Positions 38,070-47,302 of a stretch of DNA of 64,000 nucleotides are shown in pieces. Where the stretch lies: NCBI GenBank assembly GCA_015064065.1, contig SVSY01000001.1:1460-65459 (forward strand), in the 5' to 3' direction. The DNA is from Oscillospiraceae bacterium. Its GTDB lineage: Bacteria; Bacillota; Clostridia; Oscillospirales; CAG-272. Each line of letters starts with the position of its first letter. The first letter of the stretch is position 1. The notes below the pieces were generated by a model. That model was not told the origin of the DNA and ran no database searches. It worked only from the letters and a program-made list of their open reading frames with translations. The position numbers and the translations under genes were made by a program.

Positions 38070-39245
38070 TTATTCCACATATGTATTATATATCGTTTTT
38101 ACCTGATTTGTAGATATGACCTCATTCAAGCCGCTGCCCTTAGGTTTTCCGACGATAACGTTTACGTACTTTCTTCCCGAGGCTCTCGATACGGCATAAG
38201 TAACCAAGCAAACTCCGGATTCATCGATGTATCCGGTCTTTCCAGCAGTAACGGTTACCGTATCAAGTCTCGGTCTGTCGTCGAACCTTCCGCTATACCA
38301 ACTCGAATAGAATTCACATTCTTTTTCAACGTGCTTTTCCTCTTTATTATCCCAAGCCTTAAGCGTCAGCTTATATCCGTTATAGCTCGTCAAAAGCTCA
38401 TAGCAAAGCGGATTATCAAGCGCGTAAGTCATTATTGCCGCCATCTCACGACAGGTAGTATAATTATCCTCGTCGTGAAGTCCCGTGCAATTCGCAAAAT
38501 TGGTATTATTAAGTCCAAGCGAACGCGCTTTTTCATTCATAAGCTTAACGAAATTAGCTTCGCTTCCCGCAACGTGCTCCGCAAGCATAAGCACTGCAAC
38601 GGTATCGGATTGATATGAAGTAAGGTACAAGCAATCCTTAACCGTAAGCGTCTGTCCTGCGACGAGTCCAACTCCCGAACCACCCTCATCGTTCATATAC
38701 TGAACGTGTGCACTGCTGACCACAAGCTTTGTGTTTAGGTTTTTGAGATTTTCGCACGCGACGACAAGCGACATCACCTTAGTCATTGACGCCGGATATA
38801 TCTTCGCGTCGGCACTCTTCTCTGCGATAGACGTGCAAGAGTCACTGCCTATCTCAACGAGTATAGTATTGTTTGACTCGAGATCTATATTGGTAGGCTC
38901 TATCAATCCGTCAAGCTGGTTGACAAAGGGTGACGGAGTCGAAACGTAATTGCTCATTGACTGCACCGTAACGAACATATCCTCATCGGCGTTTTCGTTT
39001 TCCGTGCCATTCTCTGTAGCCTTTGGAGGCAGCTTGTTATTTATATTCCCCGTATTTGAGCCAACGGGTGTACTATATCCGTCTGTTTCGGTCAGCAAAA
39101 ACACGAAAAACGACGCGGTAAAGGATACCAATAAAATTATGGTCGTTATCAAAAGTATCCAATACTTCTGACCCGGCCAGGTCCTCGGCTGTGGGAAAGC
39201 AGTCTTGCTTCGGGGGGTGCCTTTTTTCTGCGTGTTTAAATTCAT
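38070..39245 (-). CDS. D-alanyl-D-alanine carboxypeptidase (peptidase S11) with N-terminal membrane anchor
   Basis: SxxK = ASMTKV, KTG = GKTGY; the SxN position reads S-D-T; GGAGAA RBS before the ATG at 39245. Confidence 0.8.
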   Translation of the reverse strand: MNLNTQKKGTPRSKTAFPQPRTWPGQKYWILLITTIILLVSFTASFFVFLLTETDGYSTPVGSNTGNINNKLPPKATENGTENENADEDMFVTVQSMSNYVSTPSPFVNQLDGLIEPTNIDLESNNTILVEIGSDSCTSIAEKSADAKIYPASMTKVMSLVVACENLKNLNTKLVVSSAHVQYMNDEGGSGVGLVAGQTLTVKDCLYLTSYQSDTVAVLMLAEHVAGSEANFVKLMNEKARSLGLNNTNFANCTGLHDEDNYTTCREMAAIMTYALDNPLCYELLTSYNGYKLTLKAWDNKEEKHVEKECEFYSSWYSGRFDDRPRLDTVTVTAGKTGYIDESGVCLVTYAVSRASGRKYVNVIVGKPKGSGLNEVISTNQVKTIYNTYVE

Positions 39246-39311
39246 TCGCACTTCTCCTTGCATTTCTTTAGTATATTGTACCATATTTTCAAACACTTTG
39301 CAATAGCAAAT

Positions 39312-39352
39312 TCAAAAAAAAATCAGGGTCGTCGCCATATGGCGACGACCCT
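39312..39352 (-). terminator. Rho-independent terminator of rny
   Basis: 12-bp stem AGGGTCGTCGCC / GGCGACGACCCT with an ATAT loop, followed on the minus strand by GATTTTTTTTT. Confidence 0.8.
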
Positions 39353-39444
39353 TTATCCAATTATATAGCCAGAGACGGTGTCTCTTTTTTACCTCATAGT
39401 TCTATATGAAATATATGGATAACGCTCTTTTGAGCGAATTCAGA

Positions 39445-41010
39445 TCACTTTGCGTAATCTATTGCACGACTTTCCCTTATCAGATTTATCTTTATCTGAC
39501 CGGGATACTTTACCTCTTCCTGAATCTTGAGCGCCATCTCTCTGGCAACAAGCTTCATTCCGTCGTCATTGATCTCCTCGGGATTTACCATTACGCGTAT
39601 CTCGCGTCCCGCCTGAACGGCAAACGCTTTGTCTACGCCGCTAAAGCCTTTAGCGATCTCCTCGATCTTTTCAAGTCGCTTGATGTAGTTTTCAAGATCC
39701 TCTCTGCGCGCACCGGGTCTGGCAGCTGAAATAGCATCTGCAGCCTGTACTATAACGGCAGTGATGGTCTGAGGTTCTACGTCTCCGTGGTGAGCCTCTA
39801 TTGCGTGGATCACGTCACGGCTTTCTTTGTATTTCTTTGCAAGATTTACTCCAAGCTCAACGTGTGAGCCCTCCATCTCGTGAGTCTGCGCCTTTCCGAT
39901 ATCGTGCAACAATCCGGCACGCTTTGCGACCGTACTGTCGATTCCGAGCTCGTCGGCTATCATTCCTGCGATAAGTGCTACTTCAATAGAATGTTTCAAA
40001 ACATTCTGTCCGTAGCTGGTTCTGTAACGAAGTCTGCCAAGCATTCTCACAAGATCCGCGTTTATTCCGTGTATTCCCACGTCGAACGTAGCGCGTTCTC
40101 CTGCCTGCTTGATACCCGCTTCTACTTCCTTTGTTGCTTTCTCGACTGTTTCCTCAATTCTTGAAGGATGTATTCGTCCGTCCGAAATAAGCTTTTCGAG
40201 TGTTATACGGGCTATCTCACGGCGTACGGGATCAAATCCCGAAAGCGTGATAGCTTCTGGCGTATCATCGATAATAAGTTCAACACCCGTCAGCTTTTCA
40301 AGCATCTGAATGTTTCTGCCTTCACGGCCTATTATGCGTCCCTTCATATCCTCATTGGGAAGCGACACAACCGAAACCGTGCTTTCTGCCACATGGTCTG
40401 CGGCACATCTTTGAATAGCAAGTGAAATAATGTTCTTCGCCTTTGCATCTGCGTCTTCCTTGAACTGTGTTTCAAGATCCGACAGCCTCTGAGCAAGCTC
40501 GTGCTTCACCTCGGATTCAACTCGGTTGATAAGCTCCTCCTTTGCCTCATCAGCCGAAATGCCCGAAATATCCTCGAGTACCTTAAGCTCCTTTTGTCTG
40601 AGCTCTTCGATCTGCTCGCGAAGAAGATCGTTTTCCTTAAGCTTTTTGTCGAGCATCTCGTTCTTGTGTTCAAGAGCCTCGGATTTCTTATCCAGATTTT
40701 CTTCTTTCTGGGTGATCCTGCGCTCCATTCTTGAAACGTCTGCTCTGCGCTCCTTGAGTTCCTTCTCAGCCTCGTTTCGCTGTCTGAGTATCTCCTCTTT
40801 TGCGCTTATCAAAGCTTCCTTTTTCATGGTCTCTGCCTGCTTTGCTCCGTCATCACGGATACGCTTTGCTTCCTCTTCAGCCGAGCCTATCTCGGATTCG
40901 GCAACTCTCTTTCGAGCGTTATAGCCTACCTTACGGAAGATAATAGCCGAAAGCACGCCTGCAACGACAAAAGCTGCGAGAGCCATTAAAATGGCATAGA
41001 TCAATTCCAC
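39445..41010 (-). CDS. rny: Ribonuclease Y
   Basis: N-terminal TM, coiled coil, KH ([11 protein letters not shown]) and HD (LLHDIGK) domains. GTG start at 41010 follows GGAGGTG; the longer ATG at 41112 lies upstream of the predicted promoter. Confidence 0.93.
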   Translation of the reverse strand: MELIYAILMALAAFVVAGVLSAIIFRKVGYNARKRVAESEIGSAEEEAKRIRDDGAKQAETMKKEALISAKEEILRQRNEAEKELKERRADVSRMERRITQKEENLDKKSEALEHKNEMLDKKLKENDLLREQIEELRQKELKVLEDISGISADEAKEELINRVESEVKHELAQRLSDLETQFKEDADAKAKNIISLAIQRCAADHVAESTVSVVSLPNEDMKGRIIGREGRNIQMLEKLTGVELIIDDTPEAITLSGFDPVRREIARITLEKLISDGRIHPSRIEETVEKATKEVEAGIKQAGERATFDVGIHGINADLVRMLGRLRYRTSYGQNVLKHSIEVALIAGMIADELGIDSTVAKRAGLLHDIGKAQTHEMEGSHVELGVNLAKKYKESRDVIHAIEAHHGDVEPQTITAVIVQAADAISAARPGARREDLENYIKRLEKIEEIAKGFSGVDKAFAVQAGREIRVMVNPEEINDDGMKLVAREMALKIQEEVKYPGQIKINLIRESRAIDYAK

Positions 41011-41117
41011 CTTAAGCACCTCCTTTTTTATTTTTTTGTCAAAGATTATAAATATATCAAGCATCTTTGCTGTAAAAATTGCAAAGTATTTTAGCGTGAC
41101 ACATATATACATAGTAT

Positions 41118-41146
41118 ATTTTACAATTTTTTTATCATTTTGTCAA
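41118..41146 (-). promoter_or_regulatory. Sigma-A-type promoter of rny
   Basis: On the minus strand: TTGACA, 17 nt, TAAAAT. Confidence 0.55.
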
Positions 41147-41195
41147 TAGTTTTTCCCACAATCTTCTTTTTTTGAGCGTTTTTTTTGCAAAAAAG

Positions 41196-41240
41196 TCAAA
41201 AAAATAGGCACACGCGCCCAATATGAGTACGTGTGCTCTA
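41196..41240 (-). terminator. Rho-independent terminator after rplA
   Basis: GCACACG / CGTGTGC stem (extendable with one bulge), followed on the minus strand by T7. Confidence 0.65.
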
Positions 41241-41255
41241 TTTTATAAGCTTAAA

Positions 41256-41942
41256 TTAGCCGAGCTTTGCCTGATTTACCTTGATGCCGGGACCCATCGT
41301 GCTTGCGATAACGCAGCTCTTGATGTACTGACCCTTAGCAGCAGCAGGCTTTGCCTTGATTACTGCGCCTACGAGGGTGTCGAAGTTCTCGGAGAGCTTC
41401 TCAACGCCGAAGGATGCCTTACCGATCGGGCAGTGGATGATGTTGGTCTTGTCGAGACGGTACTCGATCTTACCTGCCTTAGCCTCAGTAACTGCCTTTG
41501 CAACGTCGGGGGTAACGGTTCCTGCCTTAGGAGAAGGCATAAGTCCCTTAGGACCGAGGACCTTACCGAGCTTACCGATAACACCCATCATATCGGGGCT
41601 TGCGATAACTACGTCGAAATCGAACCAGTTTTCCTGAGCGATCTTCTCTGCGTACTCTGCGCCGCCTGCGTAATCTGCGCCTGCGTCAAGAGCTGCCTGA
41701 ACCTTATCGCCCTTTGCGAATACGAGGACCTTTACGTTCTTACCGGTTCCGTTGGGGAGAACTACTGCTCCTCTGACCTGCTGGTCAGCGTGACGGGAGT
41801 CAACACCGAGACGGATGTGTATTTCGATGGTCTCGTCAAACTTTGCCTTAGAAGTCTGGCATACGAGGTCAAGTGCCTCTGCAGGATCATAAGCCTTGCT
41901 TCTGTCAACGAGCTTTGCGCTGTCAATATATTTCTTTCCCAT
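41256..41942 (-). CDS. rplA: 50S ribosomal protein L1
   Basis: Full-length L1 sequence, 228 aa. Confidence 0.95.
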   Translation of the reverse strand: MGKKYIDSAKLVDRSKAYDPAEALDLVCQTSKAKFDETIEIHIRLGVDSRHADQQVRGAVVLPNGTGKNVKVLVFAKGDKVQAALDAGADYAGGAEYAEKIAQENWFDFDVVIASPDMMGVIGKLGKVLGPKGLMPSPKAGTVTPDVAKAVTEAKAGKIEYRLDKTNIIHCPIGKASFGVEKLSENFDTLVGAVIKAKPAAAKGQYIKSCVIASTMGPGIKVNQAKLG

Positions 41943-41956
41943 TGTGTTCAGCCTCC

Positions 41957-42382
41957 TCAGTCTTCAACTTCTACGCCCATGCTGCGAGCTGTACCTGCGA
42001 CCATGCTCATAGCGGTCTCGATGCAGGAAGCGTTGAGGTCGGGCATCTTTGTTTCTGCGATCTTGCGTACCTGTTCCTTGGTGAGCTTTGCTACCTTGGT
42101 CTTGTTAGGCTTTGCAGAACCGGACTCGATTCCTGCTGCCTTCTTGATAAGAACGGGAGCGGGAGGAGTCTTGGTGATAAACGTAAAGGAGCGGTCAGCG
42201 TAAACAGTGATAACTACAGGGATGATAAGACCCATGTCGTTCTTAGTTCTCTCGTTGAATTCCTTTGTAAATACGGGAATTGCAACACCGTACTGACCAA
42301 GTGCCGGACCTACGGGGGGCTGAGGAGTTGCCTTTCCGGCGGGCAACTGCAACTTGATATAGCCCATAACTTTCTTTGCCAT
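41957..42382 (-). CDS. rplK: 50S ribosomal protein L11
   Basis: [30 protein letters not shown], 141 aa. Confidence 0.95.
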   Translation of the reverse strand: MAKKVMGYIKLQLPAGKATPQPPVGPALGQYGVAIPVFTKEFNERTKNDMGLIIPVVITVYADRSFTFITKTPPAPVLIKKAAGIESGSAKPNKTKVAKLTKEQVRKIAETKMPDLNASCIETAMSMVAGTARSMGVEVED

Positions 42383-42486
42383 AATTAAAATACCTCCATT
42401 GTGGTAAATCTGCGGGAGAATTCAAAAATTTTTCTCCCTCCCACTGTTGCGGACTTGCCGCTGCGGTCCGTGACCGCGTTTTTTAC

Positions 42487-43023
42487 TTATGCAAGCTTTA
42501 CTACGCTTGCATCAAGCTCAACAGGCATATCGCGGCGGCCTCTCTTAACGAGTACCGTAACGACTTTGAGATCCTCAGAAACTGCCTGAACCGTACCGCT
42601 GTATCCTTCAAACAATCCGCTTGTGATCGTGACGTTGTCGCCTTCCTTGAACTTGAGCTCAACTCTTTTAGTTTCGATATTGAGCGCGTCCACCTCTGCA
42701 TCTGTGAGAGGCGTGGGGCGAGAGCCGGGGCCGACGAAGCCCGTAACACCGGTGATATTTCTGACCGCGTGCCAGCTTTCTTCCGTCATGATCATTTTCA
42801 CGAGAACGTACGAGGGGAATATCTTTACTTCGACCTCTTTTTCCACGTCACCGTTCTTTTCTATAACGGTCTCAACGGGGATCTTGATATCGAATATAAG
42901 ATGTCCGAGTCCGCGATTCTCGACGATCTTTTCAAGGCTTGCCTTTACCTTGTTTTCGTAGCCGGCATAGGTGTGCGCCACATACCATCTGACACCGACG
43001 TTCATCTCATTGATATCACTCAT
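42487..43023 (-). CDS. nusG: Transcription termination/antitermination factor NusG
   Basis: NGN domain (WYVAHTYAGYENKV) plus KOW (GDNVTITSGLFEGYSGTV). Confidence 0.95.
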   Translation of the reverse strand: MSDINEMNVGVRWYVAHTYAGYENKVKASLEKIVENRGLGHLIFDIKIPVETVIEKNGDVEKEVEVKIFPSYVLVKMIMTEESWHAVRNITGVTGFVGPGSRPTPLTDAEVDALNIETKRVELKFKEGDNVTITSGLFEGYSGTVQAVSEDLKVVTVLVKRGRRDMPVELDASVVKLA

Positions 43024-43038
43024 TATAAAACCTCTTAA

Positions 43039-43305
43039 TTAGTTAAAGAGATTAACGATCGCTGCTATACCCTGCGAGAAAGCGAAATCAAGTCCTCCGA
43101 TAGCAACAGCGCATATAGCAACAACGACTACTACGACTGCACTTCCCTTAAGGACCTGCTTCCACGTAGGCCATACGATCTTCTTAAGCTCGCTCTTGAA
43201 GCCCTTCCAAGCATTTTTTACCTTGCCGGGCTCTTTAGCCTTTTTCTTAGCGGGCTTGTCTGCTTTGGTCGCAACTTCAGCAACGTTCTTTTCGTTTTCA
43301 GCCAT
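43039..43305 (-). CDS. secE: Preprotein translocase subunit SecE
   Basis: FKSELKKIVWPTWKQVL followed by a single TM helix; start set at the ATG 9 nt after GGAGGA (the track uses TTG at 43323). Confidence 0.85.
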   Translation of the reverse strand: MAENEKNVAEVATKADKPAKKKAKEPGKVKNAWKGFKSELKKIVWPTWKQVLKGSAVVVVVVAICAVAIGGLDFAFSQGIAAIVNLFN

Positions 43306-43323
43306 CTTCATCAATCCTCCCAA

Positions 43324-43485
43324 TTACTTAGATTCTTTGTGAAGAGTGTGCTTGCGGCAGAATCTGCAGTACTTCTTAAGCTCAAGTCTGTCAGGATCGT
43401 TCTTTTTGTTCTTCTTCGTGTCGTAATTTCTCTGCTTGCACTCGGTGCATACCAGAGTAATCTTAACTCTTGCATCATTAGCCAT
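43324..43485 (-). CDS. rpmG: 50S ribosomal protein L33
   Basis: Hand translation gives [53 protein letters not shown] (CxxC...CxxC); GGAGGTG RBS; 53 aa, so absent from the ORF track. Confidence 0.9.
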   Translation of the reverse strand: MANDARVKITLVCTECKQRNYDTKKNKKNDPDRLELKKYCRFCRKHTLHKESK

Positions 43486-43643
43486 TTTAGCGGCACCTCC
43501 ATTTTCAAAATATTTAACCGTTCGAAGCGCAAGCGCCTCAGCGGTCAGTGTGTACCTCCCTCACCGAGCAGTGTGCAACGATGCCTCTCGGCTATGGCGC
43601 GTACCATTGCACAACAAAAAAGCCTACTCGCAGAGGTATCGCT

Positions 43644-43672
43644 ATTATACCACTTTTGCAACCGCGTGTCAA
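43644..43672 (-). promoter_or_regulatory. Consensus sigma-A promoter of rpmG-secE-nusG
   Basis: On the minus strand: TTGACA (43672-43667), exactly 17 nt, TATAAT (43649-43644) with TGn; ~150-nt leader to the rpmG ATG. Confidence 0.65.
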
Positions 43673-43723
43673 GGCTTTTTTAAAAGTTTTTTTAGTTTTT
43701 TTCAATATATCCTTCGCAAACGT

Positions 43724-43744
43724 CAAAAGGGGCGTACGCCCCTC
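43724..43744 (-). terminator. Short GC-rich terminator after the acidic-protein gene
   Basis: AGGGGC GTAC GCCCCT hairpin followed on the minus strand by TTTTG. Confidence 0.55.
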
Positions 43745-43756
43745 TTGATATTCTTA

Positions 43757-44212
43757 TTATTCGCCGTCGAGATCCTTAAGATCCTCTTCTGCGATTATGC
43801 ATTCAAACTTCTCACCGCAAGCGGGGCAAGCAAGCTCCTCGGGGTCTATGCTTCCGTCAAAGCAGATGACCTCACCGCAAGCGGGACATTCTACCTCGAA
43901 AAAGTCCTCGTCTGCAAGCTCGCAATCTTCGTCGCAATCGCAGCAATTGCCGTCACACTCAAAGTCGTCGTCATCACAGCAATCGCACTCATCGTCGTAA
44001 AGAAGCTCTTCTACGCTTCCAAGATCCTCGTCAAGCTCCTCAACGTAATCGTTGAGAGTATCGAGATCCTCGTCAAGCTGTTCGATAGCGTCCGCCATAT
44101 CTCCTACGAGATCGAGAAGAGCGGCAATAAGCTTGCCCTCCTTTGTGGTCTCGTCGAGCTCTACGCCGTCAGCAAGTCCCTGAATGTAAGCAGCCTTCTG
44201 TGCAAGTGTCAT
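43757..44212 (-). CDS. Highly acidic, cysteine-rich protein with C-terminal CPACG...CPACG zinc ribbon
   Basis: 151 aa, 54 Asp/Glu against 5 Lys with no Arg or His, and 14 Cys in the C-terminal half; GGAGG RBS placed directly after the efp stop. Confidence 0.6.
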   Translation of the reverse strand: MTLAQKAAYIQGLADGVELDETTKEGKLIAALLDLVGDMADAIEQLDEDLDTLNDYVEELDEDLGSVEELLYDDECDCCDDDDFECDGNCCDCDEDCELADEDFFEVECPACGEVICFDGSIDPEELACPACGEKFECIIAEEDLKDLDGE

Positions 44213-44227
44213 TACACTGACCTCCGA

Positions 44228-44785
44228 TTATGCTCTGGAGAGATATTCACCGGTTCTGGTGTCTATCTTGAGCACTTCGCCCTCGTTGATGAAGAGCGGG
44301 ACCTTGATAACGGCACCGGTCTCAAGAGTTGCGGGCTTGAGGGTGTTGGTTGCGGTGTTACCTGCAAAGCCGGGGTCGGTCTGAGTTACTGCAAGCTCTA
44401 CGAACGTGGGGGGTTCTACGCTGAATACGTTGCCCTTGTAGGAAACGATCTTGCACATCATCTCTTCCTTAACGAACTTGAAGCTTTCGGGAAGCTTGTC
44501 GCTGTTGAGAGGCTCCATCTCGAAGGTCTCCATATCCATGAAGTAATAAAGATCGCCGTCGTTGTAGGAATACTGCATCTCGCGTCTTTCGATCATAGCA
44601 TTCTCAAACTTATCGGTGGGGTTGAAGGTTCTCTCGACAACTGCCCCGGTGATAACGTTTCTGATCTTTGTACGTACAAAAGCTGCTCCCTTTCCGGGCT
44701 TTACGTGCTGAAATTCAACGACCTGGTAAGCCACGCCGTCCATATCAAAAGTAATACCGTTCTTAAAATCGCCTGCTACTACCAT
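44228..44785 (-). CDS. efp: Elongation factor P
   Basis: [17 protein letters not shown] loop with the conserved Lys; 185 aa; GGAGG RBS. Confidence 0.95.
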   Translation of the reverse strand: MVVAGDFKNGITFDMDGVAYQVVEFQHVKPGKGAAFVRTKIRNVITGAVVERTFNPTDKFENAMIERREMQYSYNDGDLYYFMDMETFEMEPLNSDKLPESFKFVKEEMMCKIVSYKGNVFSVEPPTFVELAVTQTDPGFAGNTATNTLKPATLETGAVIKVPLFINEGEVLKIDTRTGEYLSRA

Positions 44786-44831
44786 TATTTTTTACCTCCA
44801 AAAGTAAATCTGATTTTTTTCATACGCATTC

Positions 44832-44860
44832 ATTATACCGCATATTCTCAAAAATTTCAA
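44832..44860 (-). promoter_or_regulatory. Sigma-A-type promoter of efp
   Basis: On the minus strand: TTGAAA, 17 nt, TATAAT. Confidence 0.55.
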
Positions 44861-45012
44861 GAGTTTTTTGCATTTTTCTTAAAATCTTTATAACTTTTTT
44901 TAAAATCGCGGTGCTTTTGCAAAAAAAGCTCTTTTTCAGCCGTTATTTTGCTTAAATAATCGGTTCTTTTTATTTTTTTATTGTACATAATTGCTCAAAA
45001 TTCAAAATTTCG

Positions 45013-45041
45013 TTGACAAGAGACGAAAAAAAGTTTATAAT
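45013..45041 (+). promoter_or_regulatory. Consensus sigma-A promoter of the yicC-remA-gmk-rpoZ cluster
   Basis: TTGACA (45013-45018), 17 nt, TATAAT (45036-45041). Confidence 0.6.
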
Positions 45042-45096
45042 ATATTATGTATGTACATTTGAATATCTGCCTTTACATCGAAAGGACGAATAAAAA

Positions 45097-45984
45097 ATGA
45101 TCAAAAGCATGACTGCCTTTGGAAGAGCAAGAAAAACAGTGGGCGGAAAGGATATCACAGTTGAGATAAGATCGGTCAACAACCGTTTCTTCGACTGTTC
45201 GGTAAAGATCCCCCGTTCCTTCTCCTTCCTTGAAGAAAAAATAAAGCCCTATCTCCAGAGCCACTCGGTCTCGCGCGGAAAGGTAGACGTTTTCATCGGA
45301 ATAGACGTCATCAATTCCCCGATACCCGACATAAGCATCGACGAGGGATATGCAGAAGCGTATATAAAGGCTCTGCGTGAGCTCGAGCAGAAATTCGGTC
45401 TGCGCGACGACATAAGCGTTATGCGCGTGGCACAGAATCACGACATCTTCGTAGTCCGCAAGTCAGAAGAGGACGTAGAAAAGGAATGGGCAGACCTTTG
45501 CGAAGTGCTCGATGAAGCTCTTTCGAGCTTTATCGCGGGGCGCGCACGCGAGGGTGAGAATATCGAGCGCGACCTCGTTATGAAGGTCGAGAATATAAGA
45601 AAGCTCGTCGACAGCATCGAAGAGCATTCGCTTGACGACGTAAAGGAATACCGCACGAAGCTCGAAGCCAAGCTTCGCGAGATGCTCTCGGACAACCGTA
45701 TAGCATTCGACGAAAACAGGATACTTACCGAGTGTGCGATATTTGCCGACAGAGTCGCTATAGACGAGGAGCTCGTTCGCCTGCGCTCGCATTTCAAGGG
45801 TTTTGCAGACATTCTCGCTTCGGGAGAGCCTGCGGGAAGAAAGCTTGATTTTCTCGTTCAGGAGATGAACCGCGAGACCAACACCATCGGCTCTAAGTGT
45901 CAGAATTCAGACATCGCAAAAATGGTCGTTGACATAAAGTGCGAGATCGAAAAGATACGCGAGCAGATACAGAACATAGAATGA
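45097..45984 (+). CDS. yicC: YicC/YloC family stress-induced endoribonuclease
   Basis: [11 protein letters not shown] start and C-terminal [15 protein letters not shown] motif; 295 aa. Confidence 0.85.
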   Translation: MIKSMTAFGRARKTVGGKDITVEIRSVNNRFFDCSVKIPRSFSFLEEKIKPYLQSHSVSRGKVDVFIGIDVINSPIPDISIDEGYAEAYIKALRELEQKFGLRDDISVMRVAQNHDIFVVRKSEEDVEKEWADLCEVLDEALSSFIAGRAREGENIERDLVMKVENIRKLVDSIEEHSLDDVKEYRTKLEAKLREMLSDNRIAFDENRILTECAIFADRVAIDEELVRLRSHFKGFADILASGEPAGRKLDFLVQEMNRETNTIGSKCQNSDIAKMVVDIKCEIEKIREQIQNIE

Positions 45985-46006
45985 CAGTAGCATTGAGGAT
46001 ACCGTT

Positions 46007-46267
46007 ATGAAATTTATCAACATTGGATTTGGAAATATGGTCGCAGCCGACCGTATAATCACTATCGTAAGTCCCGATTCAGCTCCCGTTAAAAGACTTA
46101 TCCAAGACGCTAAGGATACGGGAAGAGTTATCGACGTTTCCTGCGGCAGACGCACACGATCGGTCATAATCACCGACAGCGAGCACATCATTCTCTGTGC
46201 GATACAGTCCGAAACTATAGCAAACCGTCTCGATAACGACACTGTCGATGAAGAAGAACCCGAATAA
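46007..46267 (+). CDS. remA: RemA/YlzA (DUF370) regulator
   Basis: [32 protein letters not shown]...[12 protein letters not shown]. Confidence 0.85.
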   Translation: MKFINIGFGNMVAADRIITIVSPDSAPVKRLIQDAKDTGRVIDVSCGRRTRSVIITDSEHIILCAIQSETIANRLDNDTVDEEEPE

Positions 46268-46277
46268 GAGGTACGAT

Positions 46278-46895
46278 ATGGCTATAGAAAACAAAGGAAT
46301 AATGCTGGTCGTCTCGGGACCCGCGGGAAGCGGAAAAGGAACTGTGAACGCTATGCTGCTCCAGCGCGACGATTTTGCGTTCTCGGTATCGGCAACGACA
46401 CGTGCTCCCCGCCCCGGCGAAGTAGACGGCGTCAACTACCATTACATAACACGCGAGGAATTTCTCTCGCGTATAGAGTCGGGCGATATGCTCGAATACA
46501 CCGAGTATTGCGGAAACTTCTACGGCACGCCGAAAAAGGAAGCCGAGGAGGTATTGCATTCGGGCAAGAATCTCATACTTGAGATCGAGGTCGAGGGCGC
46601 GCAGAACGTCAAGCGCAAATATCCCGACGCCGTGCTCGTGCTCCTGCTTCCCCCCTCCTATTCCGTTCAGGAATTCCGTCTGAGAAACCGCGGAACAGAG
46701 ACCGAGGAAAAGATACTCGAGCGTCTTGCACGAGCAAAGGAAGAGATCGCACTTGCCGACTGCTACGATTACGTGGTCTACAATTACGACGGAAAAGCGG
46801 CAGAAGCCGCAGAGCAGATACTTGCCATAGTTACGGCAGAAAAGCTCTCTATCAAGCGCAACGGTGACGTTGCCGCAAAATATCTCAACGCTTAA
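46278..46895 (+). CDS. gmk: Guanylate kinase
   Basis: P-loop GPAGSGKGT, SATTRAPRPGE, YHYITREEF. Confidence 0.92.
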   Translation: MAIENKGIMLVVSGPAGSGKGTVNAMLLQRDDFAFSVSATTRAPRPGEVDGVNYHYITREEFLSRIESGDMLEYTEYCGNFYGTPKKEAEEVLHSGKNLILEIEVEGAQNVKRKYPDAVLVLLLPPSYSVQEFRLRNRGTETEEKILERLARAKEEIALADCYDYVVYNYDGKAAEAAEQILAIVTAEKLSIKRNGDVAAKYLNA

Positions 46896-46932
46896 AATTA
46901 AATCTACATAAAAATCATTCAAGGAGACAAAT

Positions 46933-47250
46933 ATGCTTTATCCTACTATTTCCGAACTTACCAAGGACGAATTCAACCGCTACGAGCTTGCACTTGCTAC
47001 CGCTAAGTGCGCGAGAGTCATTACCGACGAATACGTAAGACAGCGCGAGGCTGCCGAGAAGGCTGCTACGGGCAACAAAGAGGCAGACCGCAATCTCATC
47101 AATATGATCAACAAGGAATACCGTGACGAAAAGGCTGTCAAGAACGCTATCACACGTATCAACAGCGGCGAATACAAAATAGTACGCATCGAAGAGAGCG
47201 AGGCAGAGGTCGCAGCAGAGGCAGAGACCGAAGCAGTTGACGCAGAGTAA
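46933..47250 (+). CDS. rpoZ: DNA-directed RNA polymerase subunit omega
   Basis: NRYELALATAKCAR core; conserved position after gmk; acidic EAE-rich tail. Confidence 0.85.
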   Translation: MLYPTISELTKDEFNRYELALATAKCARVITDEYVRQREAAEKAATGNKEADRNLINMINKEYRDEKAVKNAITRINSGEYKIVRIEESEAEVAAEAETEAVDAE

Positions 47251-47302
47251 TTTCTTCGCAAAGGATTTATAAATAAGCTTTCAGGGGAACGGAGGGGAGA
47301 AA

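Noticed and set aside
39371-39390. Plus-strand hairpin plus T-run (AGAGAC GGT GTCTCT TTTTT) with no plus-strand gene upstream
   Set aside because: The 6-bp stem lies inside the rny 3' UTR. It is more likely a minor structure of that UTR, or an antisense-transcription stop, than a feature of its own.
41011-41112. N-terminal extension of rny from the ATG at 41112 (and analogous extensions of glgC to 15025, the CPBP gene to 5104, spo0A to 35608, gmk to 46248, rsgA to 55359 and the dac gene to 39296)
   Set aside because: Each internal start has a good Shine-Dalgarno at proper spacing and yields the family-typical N-terminus. For rny, the long start lies upstream of the predicted -10 element.
42383-42486. 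nusG-rplK intergenic region as an L1-binding autoregulatory leader
   Set aside because: It contains GGGAGAA/TTCTCCC and GCGGTC/GACCGC hairpins. I cannot verify similarity to the 23S L1-binding site by eye, so this needs an Rfam scan before any call.
43311-43532. 73-aa minus-strand ORF from the track overlapping the rpmG locus
   Set aside because: A different frame of the same DNA gives a textbook L33 sequence with four zinc-ribbon Cys and a GGAGGTG RBS. The 73-aa translation has no recognisable features.
43486-43640. Possible tRNA or known riboswitch in the rpmG leader (a TTCGAA motif caught my eye)
   Set aside because: No cloverleaf can be drawn: no acceptor stem, and the T-arm flanks are not complementary. 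No riboswitch core sequence that I know is present. It is kept only as an unexplained structured leader.
43436-44893. 485-aa plus-strand ORF spanning the efp / acidic-protein region
   Set aside because: It is antisense and codon-aligned to two well-supported minus-strand genes and crosses their intergenic spacer. The translation is low-complexity Leu/Val/Ser-rich, and there is no RBS. It is explained by avoidance of TTA/CTA/TCA in the sense genes.
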